A stretch of DNA of 64,000 nt from a bacterium (GTDB lineage: Bacteria > Patescibacteriota > Microgenomatia > UBA8517), in the NCBI GenBank assembly GCA_030583725.1, contig CP129472.1:75-64074 (forward strand). Direction: 5' to 3'. Both the position numbers and the translations under genes were made by a program. This document shows, piece by piece, positions 1 through 9,243 of the stretch; position 1 is the stretch's first letter, and each line of letters opens with the position of its first letter. The notes under the pieces were generated by a model. That model worked only from the letters and a program-made list of their open reading frames with translations. It did no database searches and was not told where the DNA came from.

Positions 1-800
1 CGGCAATAGAGGCAGGAATTAAAGCTGGGGATTTTATAGTTGGTATAACAGATACAGCAAAAGGAATTGACACGGGTACTGGGGGAATGACACTCTCAGA
101 TGCTGTTAAGTTAATTAGGGGTAAAGCAGGTACAAAAGTGACACTATTGCTTTTAAGAGATGGCTCGGAAGAACCCCTAAAGGTTGAAGTAACCAGAAAA
201 GCACTTGATGTTCCATCAGTCGTTGTTAGTCACCTTGACGATAGTAATATTGCCCATATTAAACTTTTGAAGTTTGGAGCAGATACAGAAAAAGAATGGC
301 AGAAAGCAGTTTCTCAAGTTGTCAGTCGTCAACCAAAAGTCACAGGATTAATTCTTGATCTTAGAAATAACCCAGGTGGTTATTTACAGGGGTCAGTTGA
401 TATTGCAGGTGAGTTTGTTAAAAAAGAATCAGTTGTAGTTATAGAGGATCGAGGTCTAATTAAAAATGAATTCAAAACAAGTAAAATAGGAAAATTTGGA
501 GACTACAAGGTTGTAATTTTAGTTAATGGTGGTAGTGCATCAGCCTCAGAAATTTTAGCAGGAGCATTATCTGAAATTAAGGGTTATAAACTGATAGGGG
601 AAACAACTTTTGGTAAAGGAACTATACAAGAACCATTACAACTTGATAAAGGGGCAGGATTACACATTACAACAGCAAAATGGTTAACACCAAAAGGAAA
701 TTGGGTAAATGAAAAAGGATTAACTCCTGATGTAGTTATTGTTGACAACCCAGATACTATAGAGGATGAACAACTTCAGGAAGCTATTAAAAACCTTTAA
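1..800 (+). CDS. C-terminal processing peptidase, S41 family (5' partial, continues upstream of window)
   Basis: Frame 3 is open from nt 3 (AIEAGIKAGDFIVGITD, PDZ-like). S41 signature LILDLRNNPGGYL and later VLVNGGSASASEI. Stop at 798-800. Confidence 0.8.
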   Translation, partial: AIEAGIKAGDFIVGITDTAKGIDTGTGGMTLSDAVKLIRGKAGTKVTLLLLRDGSEEPLKVEVTRKALDVPSVVVSHLDDSNIAHIKLLKFGADTEKEWQKAVSQVVSRQPKVTGLILDLRNNPGGYLQGSVDIAGEFVKKESVVVIEDRGLIKNEFKTSKIGKFGDYKVVILVNGGSASASEILAGALSEIKGYKLIGETTFGKGTIQEPLQLDKGAGLHITTAKWLTPKGNWVNEKGLTPDVVIVDNPDTIEDEQLQEAIKNL

Positions 801-809
801 TTGGTAATT

Positions 810-1511
810 CTAGAGAATATTTTTAGTAAGTTCAGTTACTTTTTCTAAATTTCCATCTACAATAACTTCTAAATTCCCCCATGATTTTCCCAATCTATGG
901 TCAGTAATTCTGTCTTGGGGATAGTTATATGTCCTAATTTTTTCAGATCTCATTCCTTTTCCAATTGCTGATCTATATCCAGCTACAGTTTTTAATTTTT
1001 CTTCTTCCTCTTTTTCCCAAAGCTTGGACCTTAATAGTGCCATTGCTAGAATTCTATTTTGTTCTTGAAATCTTTCTTCACGAGCCTGCACCACAATTCC
1101 TGATGGTATATGTTTTAGTCTTACAGCAGTTGATACCTTGTTTACGTTTTGCCCACCATGTCCACCAGCTGTTGTAAACTGCCACTCAAGGTCCTGTGGA
1201 TTGATTTTAACCTCTGTTTCTTTGATTTCCGGTAGTACAGCAACTGTTGCAGTTGATGTATGTATCCTACCTCTTTTTTCTGTTGTGGGGACTCTTTGAA
1301 CTCTGTGTACACCAGACTCATTCTTTAGTAAGTCGAAAACATCTAACCCTACAATTTTTAAAGTTAATTCATCAATTTGTGTTTGTTTCCAGTTTTTTTT
1401 AACAGCAAAACGTGAGTACATACGTAGTAGGTCTTGACCCCAAAGTTTAGCTTCATCTCCACCTGTGGCACCACGAATTTCAATGTAAGCAGTTTGATTT
1501 GTCGGATACAT
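810..1511 (-). CDS. prfA: Peptide chain release factor, class I (RF1-like), lacking N-terminal domain 1
   Basis: GGQ motif (TAGGHGGQNVNKV) and PxT-type tripeptide (RVPTTEKRGRIHTSTATVAVLPE) typical of RF1. Only 233 aa; start abuts rpmE, so no room for domain 1. Confidence 0.75.
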   Translation of the reverse strand: MYPTNQTAYIEIRGATGGDEAKLWGQDLLRMYSRFAVKKNWKQTQIDELTLKIVGLDVFDLLKNESGVHRVQRVPTTEKRGRIHTSTATVAVLPEIKETEVKINPQDLEWQFTTAGGHGGQNVNKVSTAVRLKHIPSGIVVQAREERFQEQNRILAMALLRSKLWEKEEEEKLKTVAGYRSAIGKGMRSEKIRTYNYPQDRITDHRLGKSWGNLEVIVDGNLEKVTELTKNIL

Positions 1512-1513
1512 AG

Positions 1514-1831
1514 TTATTTTTTGGTTGTTTTACGAAGTTCTGTAAGAGTGTCTGGTCGTGAAAGCTCTTCCTTAATTCTTTTTTCCTGTTTTATTTTTCT
1601 TTTCTCAGATTTTGAAATGACTTTCTTTGAAGCTTTAGACATTTTTGATTTAAAGGCTTCGACACGACCCGCAGCATCAAGATACTTCATTTGGCCAGTG
1701 TAGAAAGGGTGACACTTAGAACAAACCTCTACGTTTATTTCAGAAACCACAGCTCCTACAGAAAATGTGTTTCCGCAAGCACAAATTACCTTTGCTTCTT
1801 CGTACCATTGTGGATGTATTTTAGCTTTCAT
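1514..1831 (-). CDS. rpmE: 50S ribosomal protein L31
   Basis: MKAKIHPQWY...CxC...CSKCHPFYTG zinc-ribbon L31 signature, with a Lys-rich C-terminal extension. Confidence 0.85.
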   Translation of the reverse strand: MKAKIHPQWYEEAKVICACGNTFSVGAVVSEINVEVCSKCHPFYTGQMKYLDAAGRVEAFKSKMSKASKKVISKSEKRKIKQEKRIKEELSRPDTLTELRKTTKK

Positions 1832-1916
1832 ACTATTTAGAAGTTGTATTATAACAGACTTCGAGAATACCGTGAATAGTTAATTCACGGCTGAATTGAA
1901 CCTGATATATGAATTT

Positions 1917-2831
1917 TCAATTAATATATCTTTTTTTCTTGATCTCGGCAATGGCTACACCGATTGCAATTACAACTCCACCAATTATGTGGATTGTTGT
2001 AAACGTTTCTCCCAACCACAAAACTGCGAGTGGCAAAGAAAAAATAGGGTAGAGGTATGAGAATAATGATTGTTCTCCAATTTCAATAGTTTTTTGAGCT
2101 TTATTAGACAGCCAAAAGGCAAGTGTTCCTGATATTACTGCCATAAACCAAACTCCTGCGTGATAAATAGGTGCAGTGGTTAAAATTTGATCCCAAATAC
2201 CAAATAGCGATTTTGAGTACCAGATAAACGCAAAAAAACTAATAAAACCTATTATAAATGAGCTGTTGACTAGGGTAATGGGTTCTACGTTTTGCCTAAG
2301 TAACCTTTTTGCCAAAACTGCAGTTATTGTGGTACTTGCAACGTAACCCAGAATTAACAAGTTTCCAGATATTTTTAAACTAGCACCATTGTTGATGAAT
2401 AGTGGTTCAACTACAGTTAGAAGTGTTCCAATAATTGCAATACCTATACCAATCTTTTCTCTTTTGGTTACTTTTTCGTTTAAGAATATAACTCCTGCAG
2501 TGGACACAATCAATGGCATAAGTAAGGTTATTAATGTCATATCTAGTACAGTTGTGTTGTCCATACCAAAGAATAAAAGGCCAAGACCTACCACAGAATT
2601 TAAGAAAGCATAAACAATTAAGACAATAATTGTATTTAAGTTCCTAGGAAGTTTTAATCCAGCAAAAATAAAAATAACTATTGCCAGGAGTGTTGAGATA
2701 AAATATCTGTAAGTTAAAAAGATGTCAGGATCAAACGCTTGCAGTGTAAATTTGATAACTGGTGAGGCAACTCCCCAAATTGCAGAAACTGCAAGAAGCA
2801 TTAAGTAGGCTCGTAATCGGGCAGGGTTCAT
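1917..2831 (-). CDS. EamA/DMT family transporter (10 predicted TM helices)
   Basis: Highly hydrophobic 304-aa protein with two repeated five-helix halves typical of the drug/metabolite transporter fold. Confidence 0.6.
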   Translation of the reverse strand: MNPARLRAYLMLLAVSAIWGVASPVIKFTLQAFDPDIFLTYRYFISTLLAIVIFIFAGLKLPRNLNTIIVLIVYAFLNSVVGLGLLFFGMDNTTVLDMTLITLLMPLIVSTAGVIFLNEKVTKREKIGIGIAIIGTLLTVVEPLFINNGASLKISGNLLILGYVASTTITAVLAKRLLRQNVEPITLVNSSFIIGFISFFAFIWYSKSLFGIWDQILTTAPIYHAGVWFMAVISGTLAFWLSNKAQKTIEIGEQSLFSYLYPIFSLPLAVLWLGETFTTIHIIGGVVIAIGVAIAEIKKKRYIN

Positions 2832-2835
2832 ATAT

Positions 2836-3708
2836 TTAGCTTGTAAGTTCTATAATTCTGTCTATCCCAAAAGAAAATCCAACTGCAGGTATTTGACGAT
2901 TTGCAAACACACCTATTAAGTTATCATATCTTCCACCACCGCCAACAGATAAGTCTTCAGGTTTACCATTTAGTTTCATTTCAAAAACTGTTGAAGTGTA
3001 GTAATCCAAACCTCTTGCTAAAGTTGGGTCAAAGAAGAAATCCTTACCCTCCTTCAGTTTATAGTCATTCTCAAGTATTTTAAATATGCTGACAAGTCTT
3101 TTTGTTGGTTTTGTTTTTTCTATAAAATCAATTAAATTTTGAGGCATTTTGTCTTTTCCAATTTTATACATCTTGTCAATTAGTCTAATATCTTCTATAG
3201 ATAACCCATCAAAATTTTGTCTGTCGTTAATTGCAAGCATTGCTTTTTTAAAACCAATAGCCCGAATACCGTCAATTCCAGCAGCTATAACTTTTGCGTC
3301 ATCCGACTCACTGGTTGAACCCACAATATCACAGTCAAATTGTGTAAACTGTCTACTTCTGCCTTTTTGTGGTTTTTCACCCCTAAATACTTCACCAATT
3401 TGGTACCTTGCAAATGTTGGTTTTAAAAGTCCTAAATTGTTTGCTACAAACCTAGCAAGGGGAACTGTTAAATCATACCTTAAAGCCAATTTTCTCCCTC
3501 CTTTATCTTCAAATGTGTAAATTAGTTTTTCTTCCTCACCATATTTACCCAGAAGAGTATCTGCAAACTCAACAATTGGGGTTTCTAGGGGACTAAAACC
3601 ATATTTGTCCAAGACGACTGCTATTTTGCTTAAAAAGTCTTTTCTTTTCTTTGCAATATCTGGAAAAATATCATTAAAACCCTTTGGTGTCACTGGACCT
3701 TTTTGCAT
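2836..3708 (-). CDS. Histidyl-tRNA synthetase-like class II catalytic core (no anticodon-binding domain; HisZ-like)
   Basis: Motif 2-like RYDLTVPLARFVA, FRGEKPQKGRSRQFTQFDCDIVG, and motif 3-like GGGRYDNL...GFSFGIDRII. ORF ends right after motif 3; next gene overlaps. Confidence 0.6.
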   Translation of the reverse strand: MQKGPVTPKGFNDIFPDIAKKRKDFLSKIAVVLDKYGFSPLETPIVEFADTLLGKYGEEEKLIYTFEDKGGRKLALRYDLTVPLARFVANNLGLLKPTFARYQIGEVFRGEKPQKGRSRQFTQFDCDIVGSTSESDDAKVIAAGIDGIRAIGFKKAMLAINDRQNFDGLSIEDIRLIDKMYKIGKDKMPQNLIDFIEKTKPTKRLVSIFKILENDYKLKEGKDFFFDPTLARGLDYYTSTVFEMKLNGKPEDLSVGGGGRYDNLIGVFANRQIPAVGFSFGIDRIIELTS

Positions 3709-3716
3709 ATATAAAA

Positions 3717-4577
3717 TTATTCTACAGGAGTAAAGAGAGTTCTTAAAGAGTATGTTTCATCCTTTGTTATTCCAACTGTGATTATTCTTTGTCCCTCGGA
3801 CAAATCTTTTAATTCTGGTCCATTCCAAGTTTTTGGCATTGTTATTTCAAATGTTTCTCCATTTGGCCTTGTTAAAGTAATTTTATTTTTTACGATTGAC
3901 TGAATATTACCTGATATGATTTGATATTCATTTTCACTAATGGGACTTGAGATGAGCACTCTTTTGGATGCTAAAACTTTACCATTTTCTAGTCCTAAGG
4001 CTATTATGTAGTCACCAATTGCTAAGTCTTCCGACTTGACTAAAGCGTTTTTCTTGTTTGTATTTACAAAAACAGTATCTTCACTATATGACAACTGTTT
4101 TATTTCCCCATTATCTGACTTTACTTGTACTGCGTTAGCTGAGAGGTCGGTTACTGTGCCCGTGTAAGCTATGGCCTTTTGGCTGCTGTCATCTTCCAGT
4201 TTAATCTCTGTGGAGTAAACAAGTCTTAATTTTTGTTCGTTGATGTTAATTTCAGATAGTCCTGATGGTAACTCTATCTCAACCTCAAATTCGCCAAAAT
4301 TATTTGCTCTTGTGTAATAGTCCTTCTCGGTTGTAGAAAGTACAATTTCTGAGTCGGGCATACTAATACCCGAGACTAATAAGGGAAGTTCTGTTATGAC
4401 GTCGTAGGTTAATAGATTATTCAAGGTCAATCCAGCGTTTATAGGAGGGGGTAGTTTTTTGCTATCCTTAACAATTGGGTCTCTTTTAAATGATTGAGCC
4501 ACACGCCAGGCACCAAAAGCGATTAATAGCCCAATTGAAACCCCAGCCAAAATGGCAAAAAATACTTCTTTTCGCAT
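3717..4577 (-). CDS. Hypothetical membrane-anchored protein
   Basis: N-terminal TM helix (FFAILAGVSIGLLIAFGAW) followed by a soluble domain. No recognisable motif. Confidence 0.5.
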   Translation of the reverse strand: MRKEVFFAILAGVSIGLLIAFGAWRVAQSFKRDPIVKDSKKLPPPINAGLTLNNLLTYDVITELPLLVSGISMPDSEIVLSTTEKDYYTRANNFGEFEVEIELPSGLSEININEQKLRLVYSTEIKLEDDSSQKAIAYTGTVTDLSANAVQVKSDNGEIKQLSYSEDTVFVNTNKKNALVKSEDLAIGDYIIALGLENGKVLASKRVLISSPISENEYQIISGNIQSIVKNKITLTRPNGETFEITMPKTWNGPELKDLSEGQRIITVGITKDETYSLRTLFTPVE

Positions 4578-4653
4578 TGCGGAGTCAATTAAACCCTAGA
4601 AACTAGTGTCTTGTCAAGCTCTCACTACTTTGCTAGTATGCTAATTACAAGTT

Positions 4654-5148
4654 ATGGAAATTACATATAAAGACAAAGAGATAAGAATAAAGGGAAAAAC
4701 TGGAAGTTTATATCCAAAACAAAATGGTGTGTTGATTGAGTCATTAGATGGTAATTACAAAAAAGAATTGTACGGACCAGGTGAGTATGAGGTAAGTGGC
4801 ATCTCTGTTATTGGAATTAAAAACGATGAAGGTAATATTTTTGTGTATGAAGTTGATGGCGTCAGGATATGTAATTTAACAGAAGTTTCGAAAAAATTGA
4901 CTGATACAAAAGTTTCAACAATTGGTGATATTGATATATTACTACTCTCAGAGAATGGAGAAGAAGTTGAAATTTTGCAACAAGTTGAAAGCTATTACTG
5001 TCTACCTGTTAACTTTTCAACACAAGAGAGTTTAGATAAGTTTTTAAGAGAAAGTGGTTTGGTTGTGGAGACAGTTAATAAGTTTACAGTTAAAAAAGAT
5101 GATTTGATTGAAGATTCAGCTGCCCAAGTAATAGTATTGAGTACTTAA
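4654..5148 (+). CDS. Hypothetical protein
   Basis: Clean 164-aa ORF divergent from the upstream gene. No recognisable motif. Confidence 0.45.
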   Translation: MEITYKDKEIRIKGKTGSLYPKQNGVLIESLDGNYKKELYGPGEYEVSGISVIGIKNDEGNIFVYEVDGVRICNLTEVSKKLTDTKVSTIGDIDILLLSENGEEVEILQQVESYYCLPVNFSTQESLDKFLRESGLVVETVNKFTVKKDDLIEDSAAQVIVLST

Positions 5149-5185
5149 AAAGTACAAAGTATTTTGTATTTTAAAACTATTAATA

Positions 5186-7774
5186 ATGGCAGATACAAAC
5201 CTTAGGGTACCACCACATTCGAAAGAAGCAGAGGAAAGTGTTCTTGGAGCCTTGCTTCTAGATAAAGACGCGGTTATCGCTGTTGCAGAGTTTTTATTGC
5301 CAGAAGACTTCTATGATGAAAGAAACAAGGAGATATATGAAGCAATCCTTTCACTTTACGAAGAACGTACCCCGGTTGATGTTTTAACCGTCGCCGAGCG
5401 TCTAAAAAAACAAAAAAATTTAAAAAAAATCGGTGGTTCATCATACTTAACAGATATAGCAAATAAAGTTCCAACTGCTGCCCATGTTGAGCATTATGGA
5501 AAAATAGTTAAAGACCAATCTGTTAAAAGATCATTAATGAAAGCAGCTTCAAGATTGGTAGAGTTTTCTGTTGACGAGAGTATGTCATCTGGTGCTTTGT
5601 TAGATAGAGCAGAGTCTGAGGTTTTTTCCTTAACCCAGAAGCATCTAACCAAAGCTTTTACCTCAGTTCGCGATACTTTAGTGGAAAGTTTTGATAGGTT
5701 AGACGAACTTCATAAAATGGGAGATACTGGTTTACGTGGAATTGCCACAGGTTTTGATGATTTAGATAATGCATTGGCAGGACTTCAAAAAAGCAACCTT
5801 GTAATATTAGCAGCAAGACCTGGGGTTGGGAAAACAACCCTTGCTATGAACATCGCACAGAATGCTTCAGTTAAAAATAAAAAGAATATTGGTTACTTCT
5901 CACTGGAAATGAGCAAGGAAGAGCTAGTTGATAGATTGTTGGTGAACGAAGCTGATATTGATGCTTGGCGATTAAAGACAGGGAAGTTAAGTGAGGAAGA
6001 CTTTACAAAACTTAGTAATGCAATGGGTATTTTGGCTGAGGCTCCTTTATATATAGATGATACCCCCGCCCTTTCAATTCTTGAGATGAGAACCAAGGCC
6101 AGAAGACTACAAGTAGAACAGGGATTAGATATGATAATCGTAGATTATTTACAACTTGCCCGAAGTAGAAATTTAGAAAATAGGGTACAGGAAGTTTCAG
6201 AAATATCACAGGGTCTTAAGAACTTGGCAAGAGAGCTAAAAATCCCCGTTCTTGCTCTTTCTCAGTTGTCTCGTGGAGTTGAATCAAGAAACATTAAAAA
6301 ACCCCAACTATCTGATCTTCGCGAATCTGGCTGTTTATTAGGCGAAAGTTTAATAACTTTATTTCCGTCAGGAGAACGGGTTAGAATTGATTCGCTAATA
6401 GGTAAAACAAACTTTAGTATAATTTCATTAAATTCTAGTTTAAAACTAGAACCATCGCTTGTAAGTAAGGTTTTTCCAAGCGGGAGAAAGAAAGTTTATA
6501 GACTTCTTTTGAAAAGCGGTCGAGAAGTTATTGCTTCAGGAAATCATAAGTTTTTGAAACTAGATGAATGGATTAGGCTCGACAAACTTGAAGTTGGTGA
6601 CAGATTAGCGGTCCCAAGGACGTTGCCTGCGACGGGAAGTGAAAATGTATCAGATGATAGGCTGATAGTTCTAGCACACATGATAGGGGATGGTTGTTAT
6701 GTCAAAAGACAACCAATTCACTACACAAATTCTGATACAGAATTACTAGACATAGTCCAAAAGTCAGCCATAAAAGCCTTTTCGGTCGTTCCGAGAAAAG
6801 TTAAACAAGAAAATTGGTACCATCTTTACCTCTCTTCAAAAGATAAGTTAGCAAGGGGAATCAGGAACCCGATTGTTAAATGGTTTGATGAAGAATTAAA
6901 AATATATGGTCAACATTCTAGGGAAAAAATAATACCTGATCAAATTTTTAAACTTAACAATATTCAAATAAAACTTTTTTTAAATCATCTATGGGCAACA
7001 GATGGATGTATTCATACACAAATTGCTAAAAAATCAAAAGTATCTGTCTATTATGGGTCTGGAAGTAAACTTTTGGCTACTCAGGTTCAACATTTGCTAT
7101 TAAGACTTGGGATAATTTCTAAATTATCAAAATCATCTAAAATTGGTTACGAAGATATGTGGAATGTTCATATTCAGGGGAAGATTGAACAATTAAAGTT
7201 TCTAAGGGACGTGGGTTGTGTTGGTAAAAAGAAAGATGAAGTAACAAAGGCTATTAAATTTTTGAATTCAATCTCAGAAAATCCAAATAATGATGTAGTT
7301 CCAAAAGAAATATGGAATGAAATAAAAAAGATACTGATATCTAAAAATATAACTACGAGAGAATTTCATCAAAAAATGGATTGGGCATATAGCGGAACAC
7401 AAAGATATGGAAATGGAATTAGTAGGGCAAGACTTACTAAAGTTTACAAAATATTAAAGACAGATATTTTAGACAGATATGCACGATCTGACATTTATTG
7501 GGATGAGGTGAAATCAATCAACTATGTAGGAGTCAGAGAAGTTTATGATGCTACTGTTCCAAAAAATTCTAATTTTGTTGCCAATGACATCATTGTTCAT
7601 AACAGCATAGAGCAGGATGCTGACGTTGTTATGTTTTTATGGAGGGAAGACGACGAAAAGGGTGAAAACATTATGCTTGATATTGCCAAACACAGAAATG
7701 GACCTCTTGCCTCAGTGCCACTATTCTTCAAAGGGGATAGAATAAAATTCTTCTCAAGGGACACTAAACATTAA
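5186..7774 (+). CDS. dnaB: Replicative DNA helicase DnaB, interrupted by an in-frame intein
   Basis: DnaB N-terminal domain (SKEAEESVLGALLLD), Walker A ARPGVGKTTLAMNIA, Walker B IIVDYLQL, and C-terminus SIEQDADVVMFLWRED...AKHRNGP. 862 aa with a 424-aa insertion between RESG and SIEQDAD. Confidence 0.9.
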   Translation: MADTNLRVPPHSKEAEESVLGALLLDKDAVIAVAEFLLPEDFYDERNKEIYEAILSLYEERTPVDVLTVAERLKKQKNLKKIGGSSYLTDIANKVPTAAHVEHYGKIVKDQSVKRSLMKAASRLVEFSVDESMSSGALLDRAESEVFSLTQKHLTKAFTSVRDTLVESFDRLDELHKMGDTGLRGIATGFDDLDNALAGLQKSNLVILAARPGVGKTTLAMNIAQNASVKNKKNIGYFSLEMSKEELVDRLLVNEADIDAWRLKTGKLSEEDFTKLSNAMGILAEAPLYIDDTPALSILEMRTKARRLQVEQGLDMIIVDYLQLARSRNLENRVQEVSEISQGLKNLARELKIPVLALSQLSRGVESRNIKKPQLSDLRESGCLLGESLITLFPSGERVRIDSLIGKTNFSIISLNSSLKLEPSLVSKVFPSGRKKVYRLLLKSGREVIASGNHKFLKLDEWIRLDKLEVGDRLAVPRTLPATGSENVSDDRLIVLAHMIGDGCYVKRQPIHYTNSDTELLDIVQKSAIKAFSVVPRKVKQENWYHLYLSSKDKLARGIRNPIVKWFDEELKIYGQHSREKIIPDQIFKLNNIQIKLFLNHLWATDGCIHTQIAKKSKVSVYYGSGSKLLATQVQHLLLRLGIISKLSKSSKIGYEDMWNVHIQGKIEQLKFLRDVGCVGKKKDEVTKAIKFLNSISENPNNDVVPKEIWNEIKKILISKNITTREFHQKMDWAYSGTQRYGNGISRARLTKVYKILKTDILDRYARSDIYWDEVKSINYVGVREVYDATVPKNSNFVANDIIVHNSIEQDADVVMFLWREDDEKGENIMLDIAKHRNGPLASVPLFFKGDRIKFFSRDTKH
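6332..7603 (+). mobile_element. DnaB intein (424 aa) with Hint domain and LAGLIDADG homing endonuclease
   Basis: Begins with Cys right after LSDLRESG (CLLGESLITL) and ends NFVANDIIVHN followed by SIEQD. Two LAGLIDADG-like motifs (LIVLAHMIGDGCY, KLFLNHLWATDGCI). C-terminal block closely resembles the known Ssp DnaB intein. Confidence 0.85.
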
Positions 7775-8001
7775 TTTTGGGGGATATTTTTGTTTATTTT
7801 TTTATTAGTGAACATGGGTTTAGTAGCAAATCCTGACTCTGTCATACGTGTATATGTGCTACCATTTATGCTTAGGCTTCCGCCTATTTTAATATCGTGT
7901 TGTTCAAACAATTTTGATATTGATTCTTCTTCAAGACTTATTTGTTCCCAAGCGGTTTCAGTTGTTAGTGTAACACCGTTTTCACTTACTTCCTTTTTCA
8001 T
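7771..8001 (-). CDS. Small hypothetical protein (76 aa)
   Basis: Non-repetitive ORF in the dnaB-tRNA intergenic space. Weak RBS. Could be a spurious ORF. Confidence 0.25.
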   Translation of the reverse strand: MKKEVSENGVTLTTETAWEQISLEEESISKLFEQHDIKIGGSLSINGSTYTRMTESGFATKPMFTNKKINKNIPQN

Positions 8002-8041
8002 AGTTTAATATAAGTATTATATCATATTTGTCTAATTTTTG

Positions 8042-8124
8042 TGGCTGAGGAGAGAATCGAACTCTCATGGCTTTTATGCCACACGATTTTGAGTCGTGCG
8101 TGTCTACCGTTCCACCACCCAGCC
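8042..8124 (-). tRNA. tRNA-Leu (anticodon CAA), long variable arm, CCA not encoded
   Basis: Reverse complement reads GGCTGGGTGGTGGAACGGTAGACACGCACGA-CTCAAAA-TCGTGTGGCATAAAAGCCATGAGAGTTCGATTCTCTCCTCAGCCA. 7-bp acceptor stem, T-loop TTCGATT, anticodon loop CUCAAAA, extra arm. Confidence 0.8.
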
Positions 8125-8166
8125 TTGGATGTATTTTACCATAAATTAAGATATAATAGCTTCGAT

Positions 8167-8736
8167 ATGGCAAGTGTGAATGCAACAGAATTAAGGGCAG
8201 GTACAGCTTTTTTATATGAAAGCAAGCCTTTTAAAGTAACCAAATACCAGTTGATTAAAATGGGTAGGGGTGGTGCTACTGTGCGTGTTAACTGTGTTAA
8301 TTTGGAGAGTGGTGCAAATGTGGAACATGCATTTTCCAGCAATCTTTCATTTGACTTAATCACTTTAAGTAAGAGAAAACTTCAGTATTTATACAAAGAC
8401 GGAGATATGGCATATTTTATGAACCCTACAAGTTATGAACAAATAGAAGTTCCACTAACGATACTAGGCGATGATGTTGCCTATATCAAAGAGGGCGGAG
8501 AATGCGACATATTATTTTGGAGTGATCGTGCAATGTCGGTTGACTTACCTCCAAAAGTTGTTTTAGGGGTAGTTGAATGTGACCCAGGAGTAAAGGGTAA
8601 CTCTGCTAGTAATTTTTTAAAAAGCGCGAAAATGGAAAATGGTCTTGATGTTAAAGTTCCTTTGTTTATAAAAATGGGTGATAAAATTGTTGTCGATACG
8701 AGGTCGGGAGGCTATGTGGAACGTGCAAAGTTTTAG
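8167..8736 (+). CDS. efp: Elongation factor P
   Basis: MASVNATELRAGTAFLYESKPFKVTKYQLIKMGRGGATVRV. The conserved KxGRG loop carries Lys (beta-lysylation type). The ORF-track start at 8041 overlaps the tRNA and is rejected; ATG at 8167. Confidence 0.85.
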   Translation: MASVNATELRAGTAFLYESKPFKVTKYQLIKMGRGGATVRVNCVNLESGANVEHAFSSNLSFDLITLSKRKLQYLYKDGDMAYFMNPTSYEQIEVPLTILGDDVAYIKEGGECDILFWSDRAMSVDLPPKVVLGVVECDPGVKGNSASNFLKSAKMENGLDVKVPLFIKMGDKIVVDTRSGGYVERAKF

Positions 8737-8752
8737 AACCAAATTCGATTTA

Positions 8753-9217
8753 TTAAGTTAAAAATATCCAGTATAGTGAGGCTATGATAACTACAATTTG
8801 TGTCAACGATCCCCAGAAAATATTGGTGTCTACCTGAATAATTTTTTGAAATTTCATCCAAATGTTAATTGCTTTATTCTTATATCCCCAAAAAAAATAA
8901 GGTCCTTCAACCACATCGGGTGCAATAGAAGCGAAGGACGAAAGCAGAATGTTAAAAAACATTAGTGAGTCAGAACGAAAATAGTAAGCAATAGACCCTA
9001 CCAAAACAGTTGCGCAAGCTAAATCCAAACCTATTATTAATAGTGTTTTGTTGGTAAGTTTGCCATATTTTTTAGTCTCTGTGTTTAGGTGCGGATTCCA
9101 GTGGGGGGTCATATCAAGAAGAAAGTGGCTGGCAAAAGCTAGGGGTATTGAAATTAAAGGATTTGGTATGGCTACTGCAATTGCCGTGCCAAGTGCAACG
9201 TGAGGTGTTTCTAGCAT
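8753..9217 (-). CDS. Hypothetical integral membrane protein
   Basis: 154 aa, about 4 TM helices. No motif recognised. Confidence 0.45.
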   Translation of the reverse strand: MLETPHVALGTAIAVAIPNPLISIPLAFASHFLLDMTPHWNPHLNTETKKYGKLTNKTLLIIGLDLACATVLVGSIAYYFRSDSLMFFNILLSSFASIAPDVVEGPYFFWGYKNKAINIWMKFQKIIQVDTNIFWGSLTQIVVIIASLYWIFLT

Positions 9218-9243
9218 GTAGCATCTATGATATTATGTTTTAG

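Noticed and set aside
965-1177. Numerous 60-140-aa ORFs antisense to or nested in large genes (e.g. 965-1177, 2389-2613, 5274-5474, 22366-22788, 23764-24087, 29702-30025, 49360-49657, 53009-53590)
   Set aside because: They are fully embedded in conserved, well-supported CDSs on the other strand or frame. They have low-complexity or biased composition and no RBS.
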